Assembly: GCF_036321535.1 (NCBI RefSeq) | Contig: NC_087438.1 | Span: 8,372,001-8,436,000, forward strand | DNA: 64,000 nt | Reading direction: 5' to 3' | Source of the DNA: Camelus dromedarius | Taxonomy: Eukaryota | Shown: positions 25,279 to 36,380 of the stretch, in pieces | Layout of the letters: every line of letters starts with the position of its first letter | Numbering within the stretch: the first letter of the stretch is position 1 | The notes under the pieces: generated by a model | Seen by the model: only the letters and a program-made list of their open reading frames with translations | Told to the model about the DNA's origin: nothing | The model's database searches: none | Program-made: the position numbers and the translations under genes

Positions 25279-27010
25279 AAGAGTTGTTGTACAGGTTGAT
25301 ACAAATTGCTCTGCACAGTATTCAGTTTTAGCATACAGCAGGCTACTTAATACAAACGGAACTTGTGAGATCTGCATGTAATTATCATCACATTTCCAAA
25401 GACACAAGGTTCCCATCGTTAGGGAGCTCCCTGAGGGAAAATGGCCTAAGTGACATAAGGGCGTTCTCTCTTTCCAGGTGCTATCACTGGTTTTATATCT
25501 CAGTGCTTTAAGGGATAGTGCATCAAGCATGGCTATTTACTGGAGAGTTTTAACATTCCACAATGGCAGATTCACATAATTGCACATAAATTAAATAAAA
25601 TATATCAGCTTCTTCTATCTTAAAATATTGATGTGGACTTGAGAACTGAGTAAGATGTGTCTTCGGGGACCAGCTAAGTGACAAGAAGGGACTCTTGGCA
25701 GTCCCTGCCCTCAGTCGCACCCGCCTCACCCTGCCTGAATTCCTTCACTTTATCCAAATGGGCCGTTAAGCCTCCTGCTTCACAGATAGTATCATGCTTA
25801 AGATGTGCTGCAGAAATATGTCAGAAGAAACCAAAATGCAGCATATTTTTTTAGATAAACATCACTCAGGAATCATATGTATTGTGGGCAAAGAAATACA
25901 AACAATTTCCAAAGACCTGAGCTCTTTGCCAGACCTGGATGCGGTGAGCAAACGATTATTAAATGTACTTCACACAAACTGGATTTGTACTATGGAAGGA
26001 TGGAGAAGAAGGATGAGACAATTCCGACACCTTAGTCTAAGGGGGATAAAGGCACATACACAAATTGCAACCTGAGATAAAATCATGGCCTACAGGTTCA
26101 GTTGCACAGTTTGTGCACTGCCCAAAATAGTCCCTGGAGGGAGAGGAAACTAGAGGCTGAAATCTGACCCTTACTACCGTGGCTAAACTATGCACCCTTG
26201 TCCAGGCCTAGGTCTTCCTAGAAGGAACACCCAGAGTCAACAGGCTTATAGCAGCAGCTCAGAGGGGAAACGAAATCTTAGAGACCCAGAACTGAACTTT
26301 AAGAAAAGGACAAAGACTAAACAAAGAATTGCTTTTGCCTAGAAAGATCTTTGCACCCTTCAGAGAGGAAGTTTTAAAAAAGAGTTTTCGTAGATGAGAT
26401 GATCTCAGTAGTCAGAAATGACAAAATAAAAAAAGTTTCCCCACGTTAAGTTGGAGGAATACATTTGGGTAAAAAATAAAAGTGCAACTGTTACGTGATC
26501 ATAAAATGGAACTAATTGTGCCTCATCACGAATTGTTCTCTTTCTGCATCTGAGCAGGAGACACAGAGCCGGTTGCCTGGCCCGTTTCGGCACTGTACGA
26601 CAAAAGGTAAGTACTGGAGAGTCCTAACCACTCCTGTGTGATGTGAAGCGAAGGAATGATTCTGTGTTTCAAATGGAGAGAATCTAACTTCTATGAAACT
26701 GAAAACGTCCACGCAGTTGGGATACAAATCAGGCAAATCTCTTCTAATGTTTTAAGTAATGTTTACAGGTTACAAAGTCAGGAAGTCCAAGACCTCCACT
26801 TTGGATACACATCACTCCTAAGTTTTCCAGAAAGTCTGGAACTAATGCCATGCTTAGGGGAGATCAATCTGATTTTCCCACCCAAGCAGTGAACAGCAGG
26901 AGGGCAGTAACTGCTTGCTGCGGATTTCACTGCCTGTAGTCCTCTCGTTATATTTACCTTTCCATCTGTTTAGAGATACAGCTCTCACTGAGCAGGAGAT
27001 ACAGATATAA

Positions 27011-27055
<45 letters not shown>

Positions 27056-27090
27056 CAGACAGACATAGATATATATATATAGAGAGAGAG
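27011..27090. repeat. Compound microsatellite (ATAG)~11(ACAG)2-3(AT)n(AG)n
   Basis: Directly visible. Confidence 0.95.
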
Positions 27091-30000
27091 ATGGATACAG
27101 ATACAAATGCCACTGTACAAATGCATGTTTGTGGTTTTGCAATTCTTTTTTAAGCTGCTTCAAACATTGAGCAAAGACATTTCAAATTGCAGTAAATAAT
27201 TATGCAGATGCTTTGGTCTGTATGAGTTAAAATTAACTTGGGATGCTGTTGCTTTATTTGTGAATTCAGTCTAATCTTTTTTTTTTCTCATATTTGAAAA
27301 TCCTATTCTGAAGGCTGTGTTTTATCGTTCAGGAAGTTTTGCGATGGCCTCCAGCCAAAAGCATTAAGGATTCGAGTTGATGTTAGTTATTCAGGACCAG
27401 ACGCAACTGATTTTTACATTAACAGTGATGTGACATTTTAGGCAGGATTTGATTCGTAACATTTTAGGCAGGACTTGATTCATAACTTCAGATAGGAGAG
27501 AGAATGGGATACAAAATTGAAGAAAAAATATATACATTGATGTTAGTTGGAGGCTCAGTCATTGATCAACAAGTCCTAAATCAGAACCGCAGAAAGAGGA
27601 AAGGGACTCGGGTTTTGGCCCTGGAGCAGGTTTTTGATTTGAGCATCTCCCCCAGACCGTAATTATGACTGAATGCATTCAAGATCTAGGGAAGTCAATT
27701 CCGCTTAAACCATATTGACCAGACCTGGGCACATTCATCTCCTTACAAAAAGGAAGCCATATATACACACAGAGGTCTGGGAAATAGATCTCAGTATCTA
27801 ATTATCAGAAAAACTCATCCATAAATTCAAATCAGTAAATGTGATGATGTTTTGGATCCCAAACAAGTATATAGTGGGGTTAGTGTAGGTACTGACCGTT
27901 TGAGTGGCTTTTGAATGCCAAATACAAGGCACACTCGCAGATCTTAAAGTAAAATAATATCTAGAGTTTTTTTTTCTTCATGAAATTATCCCCTGGCTTT
28001 CAAAATGAGAGTTTTAAGGAGTCTATTTGATACAACATGTGCCAAGTTTCATTCAACAATTTATAACCTACTTAGGGAAAGCAGAATTAATGAGTTGATT
28101 CAAATATTCACAGTAAGATGGCAGAAGGAACTACTCGGAAAGGCGCAAAACTAAAGAAAGTATAGCAGTTGCCAAAAAAAGAAAAAAAAAAAAAAAACCC
28201 AGTCACAACAGAAGAACACCTGACATGCCATACATATACTTAAAATGGGAAATGAACCAATCAGTGTAGAAACTTGTCTTCTATACCACCTACCCCAACT
28301 CCTGTTTTAATTCTGTAATCTCATTTTTGAAACACCCACTGGCACGGCCAACAGAGATTTATCTAAAGAGAATGCGTGTTCCTCCAGGCAAGTACAGACA
28401 TTCTGAATCCAAGTGGGGATGGATGGTGTCCTCTGGTCAGGAACCGCACTGGAGTGGGAGACAGGGGACCACGAGGGGTCGGAGAGGACCTGGAGAAGCT
28501 GGACAGGACCAGTTCTTGCCCCTCTCAGAACCCCACCTTCCCTCACTACCTCTGTGTAACCCTACCCTCACCTCTCTTTATCTCTTTTTAATTCTTCCTT
28601 TCTCTCCTGCATTTGACTTTGTCAGTCCTTCAAATCGTGATGTAGGAACAGTCAAAAATTTTCCCTTGAATGAAATACCCGTATATTCACTAAATATGAC
28701 TTTTGTAAAAGAATGGAAGTCCTGCCTCTACATAACATTTTGCAATCGCTTACATATAATTTCCCTTTTTTCCGCTATTGCCTTTCAGGGACAAAGACAG
28801 CTCTAGACAGCGGCTTGCTTTCTAAAGAGGGAGGCCCTATTCGATGTGGTAAGAAAGTCTGCATCAGAGCTTCACAGTCACGATGGCTGTGCTCCTCTCA
28901 ACGGGGTGGCAATTATGGAGAAAAGAGGTGGGAAATTCTTGGAGAGCCATAAAACGTGGTGGTGAAATAAAAGTTTCACACATCTGCAGTCCTGTCAACC
29001 CGGTGTTGGAGCTCAATTTATGGGGAGAAAAGTTAGGGAGGGGCGTCCGGTGAAATTCAGTGATTAAATACAGTAGGGAGAAGCTCGTGAACTGGAAGCG
29101 AATGAGTATTTATGAGTGATGCAAATCTCCAAAGTTTTAGAGTAGCAATTAGAATACTAAACTTAGTCCAAATGGTCTTTGGATGTTCACAGCAGTTAAA
29201 GAAAACAAGATGCACATCTTCCAAATTTCTCACAGCTATTTTTTTCAATACCTGAAGAAGTCTCTTAACCCCAAATCTGTGCCATATTTTATCATTCTTT
29301 CACAGAGATTTTTTATCTCCAGGGAAGAAAGTCATTGAGCCATTCCTAATTGGTGCAGATAAACTGCATTCTGTGTTTATTAAGATTTCCTGCTATTCTT
29401 TTTGACTTCTAATTCTTAATCTCAGGACATTTCTTATGGAAGGCACTACTCCAATTAATACTGAATCTGTTCCCTCTTCGGGTAAATTAGTGTATTATCA
29501 GTAAATGACATTATTTATCAAACATTTCATTTTTTCAAAATTATCTCACCCTCTCTAAAAGAAAATCTAAAACTTTGTTCTCAGTTGGTTGCTTCGATTG
29601 TAAACCAATCATTTTCTACTGACTTGCTTAATCAATTCTCTGCTGACTTTTTGGTTCTAAGTGGTTTTCCAGTAAAGTGACACCAAAAAGACTATTATAG
29701 TGATCGACCTTCTATAAAATCAGAGGTTAATATGGAGACAAATTAAGAGAAAGAAAAGGAACTTGTTTCCAGAAGAAATATTTAAAACTCTGGTGTATAA
29801 TCATGTATTTAAGAAACGTGGGCAACTGAAAAATGTTCATACGGTCTTAGGCAAACCCTGCATTAATTTTTTTTCCCCTCCAATCACTGCTGTTCAAAAT
29901 GTAAACGTGGATATTATGAGTAAATTCTATTTTCATCATAGGTAGGTATCATTTCCTCACAAAATACCTAGATTTTGTCAGTGCTTGTCCGAGACATTGC

Positions 30001-31139
30001 TAACAAGAAGTCCAGATTTGTGGCAAAGGTCAGGTTAATCCGATCCAGGAGGTGTCAAGCAGAACACGGCAGGGGTCCTATTTATGTTGGAAATGTTTCT
30101 TTTCCCTCATTTTCTACCCTCGCAAAATGTTACTCTGGTCCAACATTCCACAAATCGCTAAGAGAGAGAAAAGATTCCTTCATCAGAGCAGGAAAACTAT
30201 CCGCTCCATCATAAATTACTGATGAGTAATAAAATACTGGACCAGAACTTGGACAACAAGCAAGGAAACGTTACAGCAGGTCATGTCAGAATTTCTCTCA
30301 CTGCTAGGAAGACAGTCTGCAGAGGTATTTCAGAAAACTAACGTATCAGATCAATCCTCTGTGTGCCAACCTGAAGTCAGCTCCTAACTCTGGTAGAAAC
30401 GTGCTTTCATGTACGATTCAAATAGCTGCAGCTTAATGAAAAACCCAAAGTCTAACAGGGGAGACGAGGCTTTCAGAGCAGTGACTTCAGAATTCCGGGG
30501 CTGTATTTTACATTAAGCGACTTGGCTAGAGCTATGGACCGCTACTGAGTCACGAGTCAAAATAAAACCCCAGCCAGCACTCCATCATCTGGACAGCTCA
30601 GGAGGCCACAATGCACATGGCAGAGTCTACCAAACGTTTCAAATGAAGTAAGAAGGATTAGTTAATGCTATACCAACCATCAGCCTCAGTTAGGAAGTTC
30701 AGTATCGCTAAGGCACAGCCCTCTAGCCCTGCTGAACACTGATATGAGCCGTGGATTAAGTCTGACGTGAGGTTCTGCAGGCTTTGGTCCAGCAAAAAAT
30801 TAATCTGCTAAAATAATGTAAGCCATGCAGGCCACAAGAAGACTTAAGGCTGGTCTTCCTTCAGTAAAAAGTTACCAACACAATCCTAATGTACCAGGTT
30901 AAGACTGTGGTAAGTTAGAGCTTATATTTAAAAAATAAAAAAGAGTTTCTGGCACAGCTGGTTCCAGCAATCAAGCAGAGACGACTCCGCGATCCTTATC
31001 GCCCCTGGTCCCTCACTGCCGTTTCTCTTCTACACTGGCCCTTGCCTGCTCACGCTGACAGATGCACACGTTCCACATGGTGTCAAGATGGACACCAGTG
31101 GTTCTGGGCTTACATCACTCTGAGAGTTGGTGATAGCAG

Positions 31140-31495
31140 AGACCAAGAGGGATGCTGTGACAAAACACCACGGAATGGGTGGCTTCTAAGGAAAAGAAAT
31201 TTACTCCTCATAGTTCTGGAGGCTGGGAAATCTAAGACCAAGGTTTGGCAGATGCAGGGTCTGGGGAGACCTGTTTCCTGGGCCAGAGATGGCCGTCTTC
31301 TCACTGGTCCCCACACGGCAGAAGGAACGAGGAAGGTCGCTGGGGTCTTTATATATAAGGGCACTGATCCCATTCATGGGAGCTCCACCCTCATGGGCTA
31401 ACTAGTTTCCAAAGGTCCCATCTCCAAATGCTATCTCACAGAGGATTAGGTTTCAACATAACAAGTTTGAGGGGGATACATTTAGTTTCTCAGCG
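31140..31495 (-). mobile_element. MaLR LTR, MLT1A/MLT1A0-like
   Basis: 'gctgtgacaaaacaccac..gggtggctt...agaaatttactcctcatagttctggaggctgggaa.tctaaga', 'tataagggcactgatcccattcatggg..ctccaccctcatg' and 'ggattaggtttcaacata'. Probably nested in an older MLT1 relic (~30780-31680). Confidence 0.85.
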
Positions 31496-32049
31496 TCCTA
31501 ATACCCATATTCCATGGAGGGACACTGGCCCTTCGTGGGACGATGTCCACCCAGAAGCTAATCACTGTGATTCACAGCAGCTGAATTCCTCGACTGGCCA
31601 GTCATGAGTCACACCCCTTTCATGACAACTGGAATCAACCCGTCTAACAGAACCACATGGAATGAGTCTAGTACAGAGGTTTTCTTTTTTTTTTTTTTTT
31701 TCAGTCCATATGGATACTATTTATTGAGTATCTAGTATGGGCCAAGCCTTGTGCTATGTAAGCTCTATAAAGCCAGAAACATGGGGATTAAAACCAATGC
31801 TGCCTTCCATTTCTATCATAAAACACTGTCATAAATTGAAGTCTCATTTTTATACCATCTTTACGTCCATTAGGCTGGATCATATTATTAGCACGTATCT
31901 CTACAAACGAAGTCCAAAACACAGTCTGCAATAAAGTCAGGGAATTTTCATCCAGGCTGGGTCTCATTTTCTCAGATGCCAGTTACGTTAACCACAGCCC
32001 AGAGCTTCAGGGCTAGACTTTGAAACAATTGCTTCACTGGCTGTGCTCC

Positions 32050-34080
32050 GGTGGGCTCATTCAGTGGTCCCTTTTTTCCACCACTCTCATCAGCTTCCTT
32101 ATTTTCTGGACCTAGATATGCTCAAGACTCTTGCATACCACCTCCTTAAACAGGTCAACAAACAGGCAAACCAGCGTCATGAAATACACCTTTCTAAGCT
32201 GTTGTCGTATGTCTTTCAATCTTGCCTTCACTGTCAAACATTTTGAACCAAGAGTGAATCTTCACTGTTCCCAAGATCTTGCCTCTTTAACCTGATGCAT
32301 TGTCCCTACCTGTTCACTGAAATTTCCCGGCTACTGGAACCAGTAACCTCCTTAGCATTTTACCTTGCACCGTTCCCGTGGCATCCGGTGTTGCTGAACA
32401 GCTTTTTGAAACTCTCCTTTCCCGTCTCATTGGATGAAGCGGTGTCTTTGTGTTATTCTGAATTGACTTTTCTTTCCATACTTGCTTGACTTGTTCCTCT
32501 TCCTCCATCCACGCCCTTCCTAAATCTCACCACGCCCTGAGCAGACCATACTGGTATACCTTCCAGATGCCCCTTCCTCCCCAGGACCAGGATTTGGTCA
32601 GGAGTCTACTTTTCATCCACGCGGTCCGTGTGCGTTGAAGGGAGCAGTCAGAAAGGCGAAGGAGGGAGATCACCAAGGGTCTACCAAGCAAATCATGGCC
32701 TTTCTGGTTACTCTTGACAGTGCCTGGTGCAGGGACGCACCAGTTTGAAACCAGAGAGCAGACAACGTGAGGGGTGGGGGACGCTTCTGTGATACGACAT
32801 CTTGTTGCTAAGGAAGAGACTTTTGAAGAGCTAGCCTCTTCTCTGTCTGGAAATTATCATTTCTAAGATGCCCTGCAGCCTGCTTCCCACCTGCTCGAAT
32901 TCTGAGTGCTCGAGCAGAGGAGAGCAGGGCTATAGGAACAGCAGACAGGCGAGACGTAGGATCCAACCTGCCTCACCTGTCGTGCTTGGGAAATAACATT
33001 TTATCGTGGGGTTTAAGCCAGTTTGAAGTGAGATTCTTCTGTTTCTTGGAGCCTAACGCATCTTATAACTTGCCCTAAACCCATAGGGTTGCTATTTTTG
33101 CTCCTTTTCACAGCCCTGCCCTCTTGGCAATGTCACCCTGGCTCCAGGGTTTCACCTATTAAATGGATGCAGGTCTCCGGGCTGTGGCTCTCTGAACAGG
33201 AGTTGCCCTTTCATACTTACACGTGGACCTCTGCACCCACACGTCCCACCATAAGCCCCAAATTCATTCAGTACTCACCAGTGTAACCCCAAACGAGCTC
33301 CTTTCTCGGACACCCTCATTTCTCATATGGAAATCCCCATTTTTGTAGTTGTTGTTCTCCTGACCTTCCATTGCATTGCTGTGGTTCCCGCTTCCAGAAT
33401 GTCTCTCAAGATGTTCCTTTGGTTTTTATTCCCTCTGCTGCCACCCTTAGTCGTGGCCTAGTTATCTCTAACCTAGCTGGTAAGATACCTACTTTGTTTT
33501 TCTGCCCTTAGCCTCTTTCTAACCAAGCACATGTTACACAGTGCACCAAAGCTTCCTTTCTAAAGCAGAACTCTACCATCTCATGCCCTGGTCAAAAACT
33601 TCAGTCACTTCTCAGGGGCTGCTGAACAATGAGACTAACGGGACAGCTTCAGTCAAGATCCTTTGTCATCTGTCCCAGCCCACCTTACCAAATGCACGTC
33701 ACTGAGTGAACTTCAGTTAATTTCAATGCTTTCAACACTCCAGGTGAATTGACCTTTTCCCAAATGCACTTCATATGTTCCATCCTTCCCTCCTGCAAGC
33801 TGTTTCTGTTGCCTGAACTTTCCTCACATTGTCCCTGTTCATCCGAACACCATGTGGCCTTTGAACCCTCTCAAACTGCAAACGCTCTAATAAGCCTTTC
33901 TCGATCTTTCTAGCAGGATACTGCCAATCCTTCCTTTGCCCCAGAACAGCATACTCTTTGTAGCTCAATTATGTCCATTTATCTTGTCCTATAATTATGT
34001 GTATTTTTAAACTTAGATGATGAAGTCTTTGATGCCAAAAACTATCTTCTCTCTGTAAGATTCTGTCACCACTAGAATTT
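32050..34080 (+). mobile_element. Degenerate LINE-2 segments interrupted by an older MaLR LTR (MLT1I-L-like, ~32590-33070, +)
   Basis: L2 motifs include 'ttccctctgctgccacccttagtc' and 'gctgtttctgttgcctgaactttcctc'. The MLT1 3' end reads 'gtttaagccagtttgaagtgagattcttctgtttcttggagcctaacgcatc'. Confidence 0.55.
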
Positions 34081-34089
34081 GGCCTTGAT

Positions 34090-34465
34090 GCGCTAGTTGT
34101 TGCTGCTGCTCTAATAAATCAGCAGTGACTCAGGGGCTTAATGTACTACTAGCTCTGGAGATCTTAATTCCAAAATCAGCTTCACTCAGCTAATGTCAGG
34201 GGAGACTTTATTTCACTGCTTTTTCTTGTTTCTAAAGGCTGCCTGCACTCCTTGGCTCATGGCCCCTTCCTCTGTCTTTACAGACAGCAGTCTAACTTCC
34301 TTCTTCCATCATCCTACTGCCTTCTTCTGCAGTCAGGTCTCCCTCTGCCTCCTTCTTTAAGGACACTTGGTGATAATGCAGATAATCCAGGACAATCTCT
34401 CAAGATCCTTAACTGAATCGCGTCTGTAAAGTCTTTTTTGCCATATAAGGTAATATTCATGGCTG
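34090..34465 (-). mobile_element. MaLR LTR, MLT1C/D-like
   Basis: 'ttctaaaggctgcctgcactccttggctcatggccccttcctc', 'gataatccaggacaatctc.tcaagatccttaac' and 'ttttgccatataaggtaatattca'. Confidence 0.85.
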
Positions 34466-34469
34466 TGTA

Positions 34470-34603
34470 AGGGTAGGGGTGCTACTGACATCTCATAGGT
34501 AGAGACCAGGGATGATGCTAAACGTCCTACAGTGCACAGGACGGCCCCACAGCAAACAGCTGTCTGGCTTGAATGTCAGTACTGCTGAGGTTGAGAAACC
34601 CTG
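34470..34603 (+). mobile_element. MER20 3' half
   Basis: 'ggtgctactgacatctcataggtagagaccagggatgatgctaaacgtcctacagtgcacaggac...gaggttgagaaaccctg'. Confidence 0.85.
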
Positions 34604-34904
34604 CCTTCCTTAAAACAATGAGAAGACCTAGAAAGGCTTTAGGCAGAGAAGTGCCTTGTTAAAATATGCACGATACGTACTTAAAAAAAAAAAAGAAAAG
34701 AAACAATGAAACTTCTACTAGGAAAATATATAGGAAAGCAAGAGTAGACGTAGGGAGGAAAAACGGGGAACCACTCCAGGAGGACAGGACAGAAAGGATG
34801 ACACATACCTCTGGAGGTGAACAGCGTGAGCGAATTCAAGAAATGTCATGGAGCAAAACACAGCGGGCTTGTTCCTAATCAGCCATGGGGAACACGGAAA
34901 GAGA

Positions 34905-35335
34905 AAGTTCCAAGAATGATTCCCACGGTTTTAGCTTTTGCAACTGGGCAGATATAGAATCTATTCATCAACAAGGGGGAGGGGGGTTGCAGAAAAAAGA
35001 AAAACACATTCAGTTTGGACGTTTGAGGTGCCTCTGAAGCCTTCAAGTGGACATTGAGAGGAAGCGGGGAAGGCTGGGCTGTTGTTAATCACAGACGTCA
35101 GTGACAGACACGAATGAGCTCGTCTAGGAAGACAAGGAGGAGATGCACAGAAAAGGTCCCGCTGAGCCTTGTGGTCCACATTTCAAAGGTTGGGGGAAGG
35201 ATAAGTTGGCAAAAGAAATGGAAGGAGTAGCCAGACGGTAAAGAGGAAACCCAGAGAAGAGTATTTTGTACTCAACAACAACAAAAACAGCATTTAAAGA
35301 ACAATGAAGTGTTCAACAGGACAGCACAATCTGGA
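34905..35335 (-). mobile_element. LINE-2 fragment
   Basis: 'ttcagtttggacgtttgaggtgcct' and 'aggagtagccagacggtaaagaggaaacccagaga'. Confidence 0.7.
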
Positions 35336-35519
35336 GATGAAGTACGTACGACAAGAACAGACCATGTCTACAGCTGACACTCAAGAAATATTCAAATTAA
35401 TGAATCTGACTGCAAATTCAAGACCTTGCAACTTAATGAAAACTTTACTTTTTGTAAAAGCAAAAGCTTGCAACTGTGCCAACATAGTCTCGCCTTTTGA
35501 GATTATCTTTTTCTTTCTT

Positions 35520-36380
35520 TTCCCCTCTTCCAGCTTTGCTGAGATATAATCGACTTTCAAAAATGTGTAAGTTTAAGGTGTATAATGTGTTTATTTGATA
35601 CTATGTACTGCAAAATAACTACCGTCCTAGTGTTAGCTGTCTACATCATCAGATAATTAAAGACGGTCCTTGACTTACGGTGGTCTGACTTAACGATTTT
35701 TTGACCTTACGATGGTGCGACAGTAAAAAGAATACTTCAGATTTTTAATTTTCATTTTTCCTAGGTTAGGGCAGTGGCAGTGAGTCTCAGCTCCCATTCA
35801 GCCACATGATCACCAGGGTCAAAACCCAACACACTTACAGCCATTCTGTACCCAGACAGCCACTCTTGTTTTTCACTTTCAGTACAGTATACAATACATT
35901 ACATGGAATATCCAATTCTTTATTACAAAATGGGCTTTGTGTTGGATAATTTTTGCCCCACTGTAGGTGAGTATAAGTGTTAGGAGCATGTTTACGGTGG
36001 GCTGGGCTGAGCTATGATGTTCAATGAGTTACGTGTATTAAAAGCATTTTCAATTGAAGGTATTTTCAACTTACAATGGGTTTATTGGGGCATAACCCCA
36101 CCATACATCAAGGAAGATCTATACCATTTATTTTTTATAGTGAGAACATTTAAGGTCTACTCTCTTAATGTCTTTCTAGTACAGCATTATTAACTGTAAT
36201 CACTATGCTTCTCCATGAGATCCCCAGGATTTATTCATCTTCTAGTTGTAAGTTTGGACTCTTTGACCGACATCTCCCATTATTCCTTGGCCCCTCCCCC
36301 AGCCTCCGGTGGCCGCCATTCTAGTCTCTGTTTCTACGTATGGGTCTTTCTTTAGATTCTTCATACAAGTGATATCATCA
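35520..36380 (-). mobile_element. L1MA/MB-type 3' end, split by a Tigger element
   Basis: 'cagctttgctgagatataat..tgtgtaagtttaaggtgtataatg' resumes after the insertion as 'gtgagaacatttaaggtctactctctta...ttattaactgtaatcactatgct...ttagattcttcatacaagtgatatcat'. Confidence 0.85.
35660..36121 (-). mobile_element. MER47/Tigger5-type TcMar element nested in the L1
   Basis: Terminal inverted repeat (TIR)-like ends 'agacggtccttgacttacgg' and 'atacatcaaggaagatct', flanked by TA. Internal 'ttttcactttcagtacagtat' and 'ttttcaacttacaatgggtttattggg..taacccca'. Confidence 0.85.

Noticed and set aside
27836..27901. Box C (GTGATGA) ... box D (CTGA) with a weak terminal stem; similar pairs at ~5149-5211 and ~38717-38826
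   Set aside because: Too short or lacking C'/D' boxes and stems, one lies inside MER97, and no rRNA/snRNA guide was recognised.
28327..28806. 159-aa + strand ORF
   Set aside because: TTG start, no recognisable domain, low-complexity middle; consistent with chance.
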